A stretch of DNA of 64,000 nt. Origin: Planctomycetota bacterium (GTDB lineage Bacteria; Planctomycetota; B15-G4; JADJEK01). How positions within the stretch are numbered: the first letter of the stretch is position 1; every line of letters begins with the position of its first letter. The stretch is from positions 32,001 through 96,000 of the forward strand of contig JBGAIQ010000009.1 of the NCBI GenBank assembly GCA_044225365.1, written 5' to 3'. Under the pieces are notes generated by a model. It worked only from the letters and a program-made list of their open reading frames with translations, did no database searches and was not told the DNA's origin. A program made the translations under genes and the position numbers. Shown here piece after piece: positions 10,511 through 20,694 of the stretch.

Positions 10511-10570
10511 GTCGCTCGTTTCGCGTACGTGCGTGATCGGAGATCGCGATTCACTCGGACTCGACGCCCC

Positions 10571-10600
10571 GAATCGTCGAATCGTCGAAGCGTCGAAGCG
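10571..10600. repeat. Short 8-bp tandem repeat (GAAKCGTC, about 3.7 copies)
   Basis: gaatcgtc gaatcgtc gaagcgtc gaagcg in an intergenic region. Confidence 0.55.
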
Positions 10601-10657
10601 ATCCGACGAACTTTGGGCCGTCACGATACAAAGGCGGTCGATGGAACGCCGCCGCAT

Positions 10658-11011
10658 TCAGGACCGCAGGATCTTCTCCATCGCCTTCCCCTTCGCGAGT
10701 TCATCGACGAGCTTGTCGAGATAACGAATCTCCCGCATCAGGGGGTCCTCGACGTCCTCGACTCGGATTCCACAGACCACGCCCTGGATCGATTTGCGTG
10801 CGGGGTTCATCTTGGGAGCGTCTTTGAAGAAGTTCTCGAAGTCCGTCTTCTTCTTCAACTGAGCCTCGAACCCGCGCTGCGTGTAGCCGGTGAGCCAGCG
10901 AATGATGGTGTCCACCTCCGCCTTGGTACGCCCCTTCTTCTCCGCCTTCGCGAGATAATGCGGATACACGCTCGCGAAGCTCGTCGTGAAGATGCGGTGC
11001 TTGGTGGTCAT
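10658..11011 (-). CDS. DUF2200 family protein
   Basis: [28 protein letters not shown]...[15 protein letters not shown]. Confidence 0.92.
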   Translation of the reverse strand: MTTKHRIFTTSFASVYPHYLAKAEKKGRTKAEVDTIIRWLTGYTQRGFEAQLKKKTDFENFFKDAPKMNPARKSIQGVVCGIRVEDVEDPLMREIRYLDKLVDELAKGKAMEKILRS

Positions 11012-11142
11012 GAGAGTGGGTATCGTGGCGCCGTGGAAAGGTGAGCCGGACGCGATGTCCGGCATCGCGAGGGAATGCTCCTCGCGCGAATGGGAGTGTA
11101 GGGGATCGATTCGCGTCCGGAAACGCCCCGGCCGGCGCGTCG

Positions 11143-11511
11143 TCAGGGAGGCCGCGATTCGCCCCGCAGCGCGAGGATCCGCGGTTCGAGCTTCCGCCAC
11201 CACGTCGTGGTGTAGCGTCGAGACAGCCATGGCCTCCGCTTCCCGAATCGGTGTTTCTCCAGGATCCTGTTCTTCAACCATCCGGCATCGATTCCGCGCC
11301 ACTCCCCGGCGACGGAGAGAAGGTTGAACCTGCAAGCCGGCAGGACCTCGTTGAAAAGGATCGCCTCGATCTCGTCCAGCCCGTACGGCGAGCGGGCACA
11401 CACTTCGGCGATCTCGTCGAGGAAGTCGTGGGGATCCGTGTCCATGAAGAGCATCTGCAGTTGCCCCCAGACCGGCATCCGACGTTCGACGTCTTGTTCG
11501 GGTCGGATCAT
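11143..11511 (-). CDS. Hypothetical protein (DUF7079-like)
   Basis: [45 protein letters not shown]. Confidence 0.7.
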   Translation of the reverse strand: MIRPEQDVERRMPVWGQLQMLFMDTDPHDFLDEIAEVCARSPYGLDEIEAILFNEVLPACRFNLLSVAGEWRGIDAGWLKNRILEKHRFGKRRPWLSRRYTTTWWRKLEPRILALRGESRPP

Positions 11512-11630
11512 CGTGAATCCTCGCATTCGTCCGCGAATCCGAATCGTAGCGCTTCGATTCCATCGCGCGCACAATCCGGCCCCGAGTGCCGCATGAGGGC
11601 TGTTAGCATGGCGAACCGACGACCTCCGCG

Positions 11631-14600
11631 ATGGATCGGCCTCGCATGAGCACTGCCGGAAGCCCTCTCCACGCTCGCTGGGTGCAAGGATCGATTGCAT
11701 CCTTGATGCTCCTCGTGGCGACGGGGGCGATGTGGTGCTTCCGTACCCAGGGTTCGCCGAGCCGCGCAGCAGACGTCCGATCGCGCTCGTCCGAATGGCC
11801 CTCGCCCCGGTCATCCGTCATCGTGGAACGACTCACTCCGGGGGGCAAGGCGGAGGCTGCGGGCCTGAGAGTCGGCGATCGCATCCTGACCTGCCGAAGC
11901 AAACCGCTGGATTCTCCGGCAATGCTTCAGAGCGAGCTCGACAACTCCGCCGGCGAGGACGAGATCGACCTCCGGTTCGAGCGGGATGGTGCGGAGTCGA
12001 GTCTGCGCGCGCCGCGAACGGGACTCGGAATCGAGGTACGGCCCGCTCTCCCGGACGAATCGCTCGACCACTACGAAGAGGGACTGCGAGCCCGGATCGC
12101 CGGCGATGCAGTCGCAGCAACGACAGCATGGACCGTCGCCGCCCTTTCCGCCGCGCGCGACGGAAACGGAACTGCCGCAGCATGGCTCCATACACGGGTG
12201 GCGCAGATCCACGAATCGAAACAGCGGTGGGACGAAGCGAGCAAGGAGTATCGTTCCGCCATCGAGATCTGGAAGCCGGGAACGGACGACGCGAGTCGGT
12301 CGCGCACCCTGGTCTCACTCGCGCGGTGCAATCAGCAGCTCGCCGACGCCGATGCCGCGCGAAGACTGCTGGACGAAGCGAGACGTCTCGACGCGAGCGC
12401 CGATCGAAAGATCTGGGAAGGTCTCGACCTTCATTCACTCGGGATGCTGACGTGGGCCCTCGGCGACTTCGAATCGGCACGTCGCTACTTCGGCGATGCG
12501 GTCACCCTTCGCGAGCAATGGATGCCCGGTTCACTCCAACTCGGCGAGAGTCTGAACGGCATGGGCGCCGTCGCTTATCAGGAAGGAGATCTCGACAAGG
12601 CCGAGGATTATTATCGCAGGTCGCTCCGCGTCAGCGAATCGAAGCTGCCGGATTCGCTCGCAGTGGCCGACGGACTCAACAATTTGGGTGTCGTCGCGAT
12701 CGCGCGTGGGGATCTCGACGCCGCTTTCGAGTTCAACTCGCGCAGCCTCGACATCCGCGAACGCCTCGCGCCCGATTCAGAAGCGCTGACGGCCGCACTC
12801 ACCAACACCGGGATCGTCGAGTACAAGCGCGGTCACCTCGACACTGCGCAGGATTACTACACTCGAAGTCTAGCGATCCATGAGCGTCTTGGGCCCGACT
12901 CGATGTTCGTGGCTCGCGACCTGATCAATCTCGGTGTGATCTCCTATGAGCGAGGAGATCTCGATGCAGCGGAAGACCATTACTCGCGAAGTCTCACGAT
13001 CCTGGAACGCCTGGCGCCCGAATCTCCGGATTGCATGACGAGCGTCTACAACCTCGGGATGGTGGCGTCCGAGCGCGGCGACTGGGATGTGGCGCAACGC
13101 AACCTCAGTCGCGCCCTCGCCTATCGCGAGAAGACCGCCCCCGATTCTCTTCCGGTCGCCGAGACGCACAATGCCCTCGGCAACCTCGCATTCGCTCGAT
13201 CGGATCTCGAAACCGCGGAGATGCACTATCTTCGCGCGCTGGAGACCGAGGAACGCCTCACTCCCGGCTCCCTGCTGGTGTCGATCAGCCTCCACAATCT
13301 CGGAGGCGTCGCATCGCGGCGGGATCACATCGATGCGGCCAAAGGTTACTACGAGCGAGCCCTCGCGATCCGAGAACGCATGGCTCCGGAATCGCTCGAT
13401 CTGGCGAGCAGTCTGCATGGGCTCGCAGACATCGCGATCCGTCAGCACCGCCCCAAGGATGCCCTGCCGCTGTTGAAGCGAGCGCTCGAAACGATCGAAT
13501 CGCAACGCGATCACATCCACGGCAGCCAATCTCGAGCGCTCCTTCTCGCGCGATATTCCGAACCCTACGTCACGTTACAACGCGCGTACCTGGCCCTCGG
13601 CGATCTCCCTTCCGCTTTCGATACGATCGAAAGAGCGCGGGCGCGCAGTCTCCTGGAGGGACTTGGTGAAGCACGCGCCGAGATCCGCGAGGGAGTCGAG
13701 CCGTCCTTGCTGGAGCGCGAGCGAGCGCTGCGGGAGCAACTGAGCACGACCGACCTCGAACGACAGTCGCCGGCGAGCGACGATGCGTCCCGCGCGAGAG
13801 CTGCGGCCGCCGAGAAGAAAATGAACGAACTCCTCGTGGAATTCGAGGAGATCCAGGGTCGGATCCGCCGCGCGAGTCCCCGCTATGCAGCTCTGACTCA
13901 GCCGCAACCGTTGAGCCTCGGCGAAATCCAACACGAAGTGCTCGACGAGAACACGCTGCTCCTCGAGTACGCGCTCGGGCCCGATCGCAGCGTCCTCTGG
14001 TGCGTCTCGACGGAAGGGATCCATGCGTACGATCTGCCCGGCCAGGACGAAGTGGACCGCGCCGCGAGGCACGTCCACGAGCTTCTGACGGCTCGCAATC
14101 GGGGACCGAAGGGCGAGACGGTCGCACAAGCCGAGAAGCGGATCGAACAGGCGGACCGGGAGGTTTCGACCGCGGCATCGGCGCTCAGCGAGATGTTGCT
14201 CGGTCCCGTATCCCAGAAGATCGGCACGAAACGTCTCCTGATCGTCGCCGACGGAGCCCTGCAATACGTTCCGTTCGGCGCGTTGCCGGCTCCCTCCGCC
14301 GACGCCGACCCCCACCCCCAGGCCCATCCGTTGATCGTCGACCACGAAGTGATCAGCCTTCCGTCGGCGTCGGTGCTCGGCGTCCTCCGTCGCGAGATCG
14401 CGGGGCGCGAGCGAGCGAAGAAGAGCGTCGCGGTCCTCGCGGATCCGGTGCTCACGCCGAGCGATCCGCGCGTGAAGAACCGTAGCGCGGCGCCTTCGAG
14501 TGCGGACCGTGCTTCGTCCACCCACGCTGGGGGCGACGGCGGGAGCGACAAGCACTCGAAGAGAGGCGTGGCGCGGATCGAGCCCTCGTCGATGCAGCGC

Positions 14601-15161
14601 TTGCGCTTCAGTCGTCTCGAGGCCGAGAGCATCCTCGCCCTCGGCGGCGATCAGGGTCTTTCCGCTCTCGATTTCGCGGCAAACAAACGCACCGCACTCG
14701 GTCCGGAGCTGAACCAATATCGAATCGTCCACCTCGCGACCCACGGACTACTCGACAGTCAACATCCCGAACTATCCGGCATCGTGCTGTCCCTGGTCGA
14801 CGAGGAGGGCAGACCGCAGGACGGATTCCTCCGACTCCATGAGATCTACAACCTTCGATTGAATGCGGATCTCGTCGTGCTGAGTGCATGCCAGACCGCG
14901 CTCGGCCGTGAAGTGCGCGGCGAGGGTCTCGTGGGCCTCACCCGCGGGTTCATGTATGCCGGCGCGGCGCGCGTGATCGCCAGCCTATGGAGCGTGCAGG
15001 ACAAGGCGACTGCGGAACTGATGACGGGATTCTACGAAGCGATGCTCCACGACGGCCAAACGCCGGCGGCGGCTCTGCGAACCGCTCAGGTCGCGATGTG
15101 GAAGCAGGGCCGCGTTCCTTACTATTGGGCCGCCTTCGTGCTGCAGGGCGAATTCAAGTGA
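11631..15161 (+). CDS. PDZ-TPR-CHAT (caspase-like peptidase) protein
   Basis: PDZ-like AEAAGLRVGDRI; tandem ~42-aa TPR repeats (SLNGMG/LNNLG..ALAIRERMAP); CHAT motifs VHLATHG and VLSACQT, ending YWAAFVLQG; start uncertain. Confidence 0.9.
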   Translation: MDRPRMSTAGSPLHARWVQGSIASLMLLVATGAMWCFRTQGSPSRAADVRSRSSEWPSPRSSVIVERLTPGGKAEAAGLRVGDRILTCRSKPLDSPAMLQSELDNSAGEDEIDLRFERDGAESSLRAPRTGLGIEVRPALPDESLDHYEEGLRARIAGDAVAATTAWTVAALSAARDGNGTAAAWLHTRVAQIHESKQRWDEASKEYRSAIEIWKPGTDDASRSRTLVSLARCNQQLADADAARRLLDEARRLDASADRKIWEGLDLHSLGMLTWALGDFESARRYFGDAVTLREQWMPGSLQLGESLNGMGAVAYQEGDLDKAEDYYRRSLRVSESKLPDSLAVADGLNNLGVVAIARGDLDAAFEFNSRSLDIRERLAPDSEALTAALTNTGIVEYKRGHLDTAQDYYTRSLAIHERLGPDSMFVARDLINLGVISYERGDLDAAEDHYSRSLTILERLAPESPDCMTSVYNLGMVASERGDWDVAQRNLSRALAYREKTAPDSLPVAETHNALGNLAFARSDLETAEMHYLRALETEERLTPGSLLVSISLHNLGGVASRRDHIDAAKGYYERALAIRERMAPESLDLASSLHGLADIAIRQHRPKDALPLLKRALETIESQRDHIHGSQSRALLLARYSEPYVTLQRAYLALGDLPSAFDTIERARARSLLEGLGEARAEIREGVEPSLLERERALREQLSTTDLERQSPASDDASRARAAAAEKKMNELLVEFEEIQGRIRRASPRYAALTQPQPLSLGEIQHEVLDENTLLLEYALGPDRSVLWCVSTEGIHAYDLPGQDEVDRAARHVHELLTARNRGPKGETVAQAEKRIEQADREVSTAASALSEMLLGPVSQKIGTKRLLIVADGALQYVPFGALPAPSADADPHPQAHPLIVDHEVISLPSASVLGVLRREIAGRERAKKSVAVLADPVLTPSDPRVKNRSAAPSSADRASSTHAGGDGGSDKHSKRGVARIEPSSMQRLRFSRLEAESILALGGDQGLSALDFAANKRTALGPELNQYRIVHLATHGLLDSQHPELSGIVLSLVDEEGRPQDGFLRLHEIYNLRLNADLVVLSACQTALGREVRGEGLVGLTRGFMYAGAARVIASLWSVQDKATAELMTGFYEAMLHDGQTPAAALRTAQVAMWKQGRVPYYWAAFVLQGEFK

Positions 15162-15202
15162 ACCCCGCGACCGATCAGGACGCGTCGCACCGCACCTCGA
15201 GC

Positions 15203-15916
15203 CTACGAGGTTCCGCCGGGGCCCGACTCCCCACGTAGCAGCGCTCGGATCCCCTCACTCTTCGCCAACTGGCTCACTCGCTTGCCTCGCTCGTCCTCGT
15301 CGTCCGGACTCGCACCGCGCTCTAGCAGCACCTGGATGATCCTCGCCTGCTGTTCGCGGGCATGCTCGCTACCGCTGCCGCCGCGTCCCGTCGTCTGGAC
15401 TGCGAGGTGCAGGGGAGTCGAACCGGACCCGTTCCGAATCATCGGTTCGGCTCCGCCCTTCAACAGCGCGACCACCGCCGGCATGGAACGGGTCCTCACG
15501 GCTCGATGGATGGGAGCGACGCCGTCTTGGTCGAGCGAATTCGGATCGGCGCCGATCGACAAGAGGTATTCGATCGTCTCCACCTGCGCCGCCGGTTCCC
15601 AGTGATTCGTATCGGCGGCGTAATGAAGAGGCTCGGCGCCCCGACGATTCTTCGCTCGACACTTCGCGCCGTGCTCCACGAGGAGTCGGCAGACGGGGCG
15701 CAAGAACGCGGCGGCCGCCCAATGCAGGGGAGTGTCGCCCTCGTAAACGTAGTGCGCGATCTCACGGAGGAAGTACGTCGGTGCATCCTTCCGCGACGCG
15801 CCGATCGTTGCGGGCGCCCTGGCGAGCGTCGTGTCCGCGGACAGTCGACGGGATAGGGCTTCGAGGTCCCCGCTCACGATGAGGCGGGCGAAGTCCATGA
15901 CATCCGGTTTCGCCAT
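15203..15916 (-). CDS. Ankyrin repeat protein
   Basis: GDTPLHWAA, GAEPLHYAA, GVAPIHRAV, GSTPLHLAV. Confidence 0.9.
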   Translation of the reverse strand: MAKPDVMDFARLIVSGDLEALSRRLSADTTLARAPATIGASRKDAPTYFLREIAHYVYEGDTPLHWAAAAFLRPVCRLLVEHGAKCRAKNRRGAEPLHYAADTNHWEPAAQVETIEYLLSIGADPNSLDQDGVAPIHRAVRTRSMPAVVALLKGGAEPMIRNGSGSTPLHLAVQTTGRGGSGSEHAREQQARIIQVLLERGASPDDEDERGKRVSQLAKSEGIRALLRGESGPGGTS

Positions 15917-15933
15917 TCGAAATGCCTTTTCTT

Positions 15934-16103
15934 CCTAAATAAGAGTCCACGATTATCTTAGGTACCGAGGCCGAGCGAGAAGTGCGCAGGCGAGGAGGAT
16001 CGACGAGGCGACTCAGGAAGAAGAGTCGGCGAGGAGATCCGACGATGCATGCGCGCTTCGCAGCCGGCCGCAGGCCTAATAGAATTGTGGACTCTTATTT
16101 AGG
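15934..16103. repeat. 170-bp imperfect palindrome with 29-bp terminal inverted repeats (attC-like or MITE-like)
   Basis: CCTAAATAAGAGTCCACGATTATCTTAGG (15934-15962) matches the reverse complement of 16075-16103 at 26/29; nested internal stems. Confidence 0.85.
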
Positions 16104-16111
16104 TCCGCCAA

Positions 16112-16486
16112 TTAATACTGATGGAACGCGCGAAGGAAGTTGCCATCCGGGTCCGTCGCGATGAACTCGTGAAGGCGGATTCCCTCCTTCGATTCGGGAG
16201 GATGGAGAATGCTCGCACCCCGGCGCGACCATCGATCGTGCAAGTCGTCGACGTCTGCGTTGCTCTCCAGGTTCAGCCAGATGACCACGGGCGGTCGAGT
16301 CCGGAAGTAGTCACGGATCTCGTCACTGGTGAGGAACAGTCGACTTCGTCCCTGAGAGATGCCCGCGATCCCGCCGCCCCCGCGTCCCCAGTCGACGTGG
16401 AATCCCAATTTCTCTTCATAATAATCGAGGGCCCGAGTCAGGTCGGTGACCGGGATCTCCGGCACGGCGCTGGGGAATTCGTTCAC
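16112..16486 (-). CDS. VOC/bleomycin-resistance-like protein
   Basis: AVPEIPVTDLTRALDYYEEKLGF...LHEFIATDPDGNFLR. Confidence 0.85.
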   Translation of the reverse strand: MNEFPSAVPEIPVTDLTRALDYYEEKLGFHVDWGRGGGGIAGISQGRSRLFLTSDEIRDYFRTRPPVVIWLNLESNADVDDLHDRWSRRGASILHPPESKEGIRLHEFIATDPDGNFLRAFHQY

Positions 16487-16799
16487 GATTCGGGTCTCCG
16501 AGACGATACCCCGATGGACGACGTCGGAGCGAGTGCACGACCCAGTGGGCGGTGGGCCGACGCTTTCGCAGGGCCCTGTGGACCGCAACGCCGAGCATCG
16601 GATGCGAAGAGTCGATTCTATCGGGGGAAATCCCTATGGACGAGAGAGTTCGATCGCCGGCGAGCATAACCGCGGCGAGTGCGGGCTTCAATCCGAACTC
16701 TCATGGTGGAGCCGCAACCGTCGGGCGACGCAAGCGAACGGACCTTCCGACGCAAGGGCGACCCTTGAACTCCGACCCCCGAAAGATTTTCGAAGTTCG

Positions 16800-16829
16800 T
16801 GTCGATTCCACGGCCGGTGATGGGTCGTG
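16800..16829 (+). promoter_or_regulatory. Possible ECF42-type promoter
   Basis: TGTCGA at 16800-16805 after an A/T tract, upstream of the DUF1579-YCII-ECF operon; -10 match and spacing imperfect. Confidence 0.3.
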
Positions 16830-16883
16830 CGGATAACTTTCGCGGCGGTCCCCATCGCCGCAGTATCCCCCTTCGAGGTGACC

Positions 16884-17453
16884 ATGCTCCTGCGAACACT
16901 CCCATGGCTGTCGGCATTCCTTCTCGCGATCGCCCCGCTTCCCGCCCAAGAGATGCCGAAACCCCAGGCCGAGCACAGGAAGCTCGCCGAATCGGTCGGA
17001 ACCTGGGACGCGACCATCGAAAGCGTCGGCCTCGACGGCAAACCGCACGCTTCGAAAGGGGTCAGCGTCCGCAGACTGGGTCCTGGCGGCTTCTGGGTCC
17101 TCGACGACTTCGAGGGCGAGATGAACGGCGTCCAGTTCACCAGCCATGGCACGCTCGGATACGACCCTCAGAAGAAGGCCTATGTCCAGTCGTGGGTGTC
17201 GATGTCGCCGATGCTGATGGTGTTCAGCGGTGCGTTCGACGACGCCGGCAAGGTCCTCACGATGTCCGGGGACGGCCCCGGCCTGAACGGCGCGACGCTG
17301 CCGATGAAGAACGTCACGACGTGGACGAGCGCCGACTCGATGACGCTCGAGGTCTTCATCGTCCTGCCCGGCGGCCGCGAAATCAGGAACATGACCATTC
17401 ATTACACGCGGCGCGCCGACGAGAAGACCGCGCCCTCCGGCAACAAGAATTGA
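16884..17453 (+). CDS. DUF1579 family exported protein
   Basis: Signal peptide; PKPQAEHRKL..VGTWD; GTLGYDPQKKAYVQSWV. Confidence 0.85.
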   Translation: MLLRTLPWLSAFLLAIAPLPAQEMPKPQAEHRKLAESVGTWDATIESVGLDGKPHASKGVSVRRLGPGGFWVLDDFEGEMNGVQFTSHGTLGYDPQKKAYVQSWVSMSPMLMVFSGAFDDAGKVLTMSGDGPGLNGATLPMKNVTTWTSADSMTLEVFIVLPGGREIRNMTIHYTRRADEKTAPSGNKN

Positions 17454-17494
17454 GATCACGGTCGACCCTCCACCCATCGAAGGAATTGAACGAC

Positions 17495-17929
17495 ATGAGA
17501 TTCATCGTTTTCGGACATGGCAACAAGGACACCGAGGCCGGTGTGGTCCCGAGCACCGAGGAATTCGCCAAGATGGGCAAGTTCGTCGAAGAACTCGTGA
17601 AGGCCGGCGTGTTCGTGGCCGGAGAGGGGCTTCAACCGTCCTCGAAGGGCGCGCGCATCACATTCGAAGGTGGCGGAAAGGTATCGATCAAGAACGGCCC
17701 GTTCACCGAATCGAAGGAGCTCATCGCGGGATTCTCCATCATCCAAGTGAAGTCGCTCGCGGACGCGATCGCCTGGATGAGCCGTACGCCGGCTCCCGAA
17801 GGCTCGTCGCTCGAGATCCGGCAACTCTTCTCCGATGAGGACTTCGCGTCGGCCGATCCGACGGGCGAACTCCGCGAGAAGGACGCGAAGCTCCGCGCGG
17901 AAGCCGATCAGCAACACCGCAAGAGTTGA
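17495..17929 (+). CDS. YCII/DGPF-type protein
   Basis: ELVKAGVFVAGEGLQPSSKGARI..NGPFTESKELIAGF. Confidence 0.9.
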   Translation: MRFIVFGHGNKDTEAGVVPSTEEFAKMGKFVEELVKAGVFVAGEGLQPSSKGARITFEGGGKVSIKNGPFTESKELIAGFSIIQVKSLADAIAWMSRTPAPEGSSLEIRQLFSDEDFASADPTGELREKDAKLRAEADQQHRKS

Positions 17930-17947
17930 CGCGGCACGGTTTCGCGC

Positions 17948-19243
17948 ATGAACGAATCGCAGCAGCGAGTCGAAGCGGTCTTTCGTATCGAGTGGGCACG
18001 GCTCGTGGCCGGGCTCGCTCGATTCGTTCGCGGCGACCTCGGAGTCGCCGAGGATCTCGCTCAGGACGCGTTCCTTGCGGCGCTCGAGACATGGCCACGA
18101 GACGGGATCCCGCGCGAACCCGGCGCGTGGCTCATGCAGGTCGCGAAGAACCGAGCGCTGAATCGCGTCGATCGCCGGAAGCGCTGGGAGAAGAAGGAAC
18201 CCGAGATCAAGCGGGACCTCGAAGACCGGCAGGAGCGCGCGATCGGAGCGATCGAGGACGCCGCGGATGACGACATCGGCGACGATCTCCTGCGCCTCAT
18301 CTTCGCGTCCTGTCATCCGTCGCTCAGCGCCGAGAGCCGCGTTGCCTTGACGCTCCGCGTCCTGTGCGGTCTCACGACGGAAGAGATCGCGGCCGCCTTC
18401 TTCATCTCCGAAGCCACGGCCGCGCAGCGCATCGTGCGCGCGAAGAGAACGCTCGCGGAGAACTGCGCGGCATTCGAGATTCCGCGAGGGAAGGAGCGCG
18501 CCGCACGACTCGGCTCCGTGCTCGAGGTGATCTACTTCGTATTCAACGAAGGATACGTCGCCACGGCGGGCGCGAGCTGGATGAGGCCCGCACTGTGCGA
18601 GGACGCCCTTCGCCTCGGCCGCATCCTCGCCGAGCTCATGCCGAACGAAGCCGAAGTCCACGGCCTCGTCGCGCTGATGGAGATCCAGTCGTCCCGCACG
18701 CGTGCGCGTACGCAGCTCGACGGCACACCGATTCCGCTCTTCGAACAGAACCGCGCGCGCTGGGACCACTTCCTCATTCAGCGCGGCCTCGCAGCTCTCG
18801 CGCGCGGAGAGTTGCTCGGCGGTCCGCCGGGTGCGTACCTGATGCAAGCAGGGATCGCAGCTTGTCACGCGCGGGCCCGAACACCCGAAGACACGGACTG
18901 GCGCCGCATCGTCGCGATCTACGATCGACTCGCAGCGACGACGCCTTCGCCCATCGTCGAACTGAATCGCGCGGTCGCGATCTCGTTCGCGGTCGGCCCC
19001 GCGGCGGGACTGATGATCGTCGACGAGCTCACGAAGCTACCGGAGCTCGTCGATTATCATCTCGTGCCGGCAGTGAGAGCCGACTTCCTATCGCGCCTCG
19101 GGCGACGGGAGGAGGCGCGAACCGAGCTCGAACGAGCCGCCCTTCTCACCAAGAACGACCGTGAACGCGAATTGCTGATCGAGCGAGCGAAGAGATTGCG
19201 TGGCGGCGACGGCGTCCAAAACGAGGGTGATTTCCCGTCATGA
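17948..19243 (+). CDS. ECF sigma factor with C-terminal TPR-like extension (ECF42-type)
   Basis: AEDLAQDAF..WPRDGIP..PGAWL; DDLLRLIFASCHP; AAQRIVRAK; TDWRRI..SPIVELNRAVA; next to a DGPF gene. Confidence 0.9.
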   Translation: MNESQQRVEAVFRIEWARLVAGLARFVRGDLGVAEDLAQDAFLAALETWPRDGIPREPGAWLMQVAKNRALNRVDRRKRWEKKEPEIKRDLEDRQERAIGAIEDAADDDIGDDLLRLIFASCHPSLSAESRVALTLRVLCGLTTEEIAAAFFISEATAAQRIVRAKRTLAENCAAFEIPRGKERAARLGSVLEVIYFVFNEGYVATAGASWMRPALCEDALRLGRILAELMPNEAEVHGLVALMEIQSSRTRARTQLDGTPIPLFEQNRARWDHFLIQRGLAALARGELLGGPPGAYLMQAGIAACHARARTPEDTDWRRIVAIYDRLAATTPSPIVELNRAVAISFAVGPAAGLMIVDELTKLPELVDYHLVPAVRADFLSRLGRREEARTELERAALLTKNDRERELLIERAKRLRGGDGVQNEGDFPS

Positions 19244-19585
19244 CTCCGGATCGAACATGAACTCGCGCAATTCCTGCGCGCAGCGGCAGGCCGCCGCGAT
19301 CTTGGCCGCCCAGGTAACGGCTTCCTCGCGCGACGGCAGCTCCAGGATCGCATACCCGCCCTCGATGGCCCGCGTCTGCGGGTAGGTGCCCGCCGCAACG
19401 GTTCCATCGCTCGCGATCATGACAGGCGGCACGGACTCGTTGATTCCTCCCCCGAAGATCCACACTCCCGCGGCCTTCGCTTCTCGGACGACTGCATGGG
19501 CGGCGGCCGATACGTTCGGGAGTTCCTCCGCGGGAACCGTCATCGCACCGCTCGGGAACGAGATCAGGTACTTCGTCATCTTCAA
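19238..19585 (-). CDS. YCII-related protein
   Basis: KYLISFP..AAHAVVREAKAAGVWIFGGG..WAAKIAAACRCAQELREF. Confidence 0.85.
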   Translation of the reverse strand: MKMTKYLISFPSGAMTVPAEELPNVSAAAHAVVREAKAAGVWIFGGGINESVPPVMIASDGTVAAGTYPQTRAIEGGYAILELPSREEAVTWAAKIAAACRCAQELREFMFDPES

Positions 19586-19586
19586 C

Positions 19587-20069
19587 TCAATTCATTGGCT
19601 GTCGACGTTCGGTATCGGCAGGGGGAAGAGCAACTCGCCCGAGCCGCTCCGCCAGCGCGACGAGGATTCCCTCTGGCCCACGGATGTAGGCCAGGCGATA
19701 CGCGTTCTCGTATTGCATCTCGCCAATGAGTTCTGCCCCGTGCGTCCTCATGTGCGCGACGATCGCGTCGATGTCCTCGACGGCGAACATGAGGCGACGG
19801 ATTCCGAAGGTATTCACCGGAGCGTCGACGGGACCGAATCGGATCGCGTCAGGGGTGTGGAATTTGTCCAATTCGATGCCCTGACCGTCGGGAGTTCGCA
19901 GCATCGCGACCGTGGTCCGAACGTCGTCGAGACCGATCAGCTTTCCTACCGCCGGCCCCTCGACGGTCGTCTCGCCCTCGAAGACGAGGCCCAATTCGAT
20001 GAAGAAGTCCTTGGTGGCTTCGAGATCGTCGACGACGATGAGGACGTTGTCCATTCGCCCGAGCTTCAT
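19587..20069 (-). CDS. VOC family protein
   Basis: RMDNVLIVVDDLEA..FFIELGL..YRLAYIRGPEGILVALAE. Confidence 0.9.
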   Translation of the reverse strand: MKLGRMDNVLIVVDDLEATKDFFIELGLVFEGETTVEGPAVGKLIGLDDVRTTVAMLRTPDGQGIELDKFHTPDAIRFGPVDAPVNTFGIRRLMFAVEDIDAIVAHMRTHGAELIGEMQYENAYRLAYIRGPEGILVALAERLGRVALPPADTERRQPMN

Positions 20070-20102
20070 ATCGGTTCACTCCAAGACTCGTGACGGTGTC
20101 CT

Positions 20103-20486
20103 TCAGTCCGTGACGACAGCCACGCGGGAGACGACGCCGCTGGAATCGAAATCGATCGCCAGCCATTCGTAGTCGATTTGAACAACGCCGCGCTCGGGAC
20201 CAAGGACGTAGATCAAGCCGTGGTCGCGGAACTTGTCCGTCGACGTCGGCACGCCCAGTAGCGAGACTACCTCGCTTCGGGTCATGCCCTTCAGTCGGCC
20301 ACTCGCCGCGAGGCCATCGGCGACGCGATAGCGCGTTCGAAGCGTCGTCCCGTGTTCGGAATCCGCATTCCACCACGCGGCGACGAAGGGCAATGGACAA
20401 CGAAACACAGCCCAGTACGCAGCGACCGACACGACGACTGCACCCACGATCACGAGACCGCGCGCCGAGGGTTTCGCAGAGTGCAT
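20103..20486 (-). CDS. Hypothetical membrane-anchored protein (SmpA/BamE-like fold possible)
   Basis: TM segment, then LKGMTRSEVVSLLGVP..YVLGPERG..IDYEWL. Confidence 0.65.
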   Translation of the reverse strand: MHSAKPSARGLVIVGAVVVSVAAYWAVFRCPLPFVAAWWNADSEHGTTLRTRYRVADGLAASGRLKGMTRSEVVSLLGVPTSTDKFRDHGLIYVLGPERGVVQIDYEWLAIDFDSSGVVSRVAVVTD

Positions 20487-20694
20487 ATTCGTGAGGGCCA
20501 AATTCGCCTCCAGAACCGCAACTGTACGGCCCGATCGTGGACATGGCGAGAATCGAGTGCAGGGAACGGGTCGACGTCGATCGCGACCTCTACGTTTTCG
20601 CGGGCTCGACGGCGCTCGAGGCACGATCGTCACTTCGTCACTGCCAGGAAGTCTTGCGGAGCAGCAGCGAGAGACTTGGCGTCCGGGAGACAAA

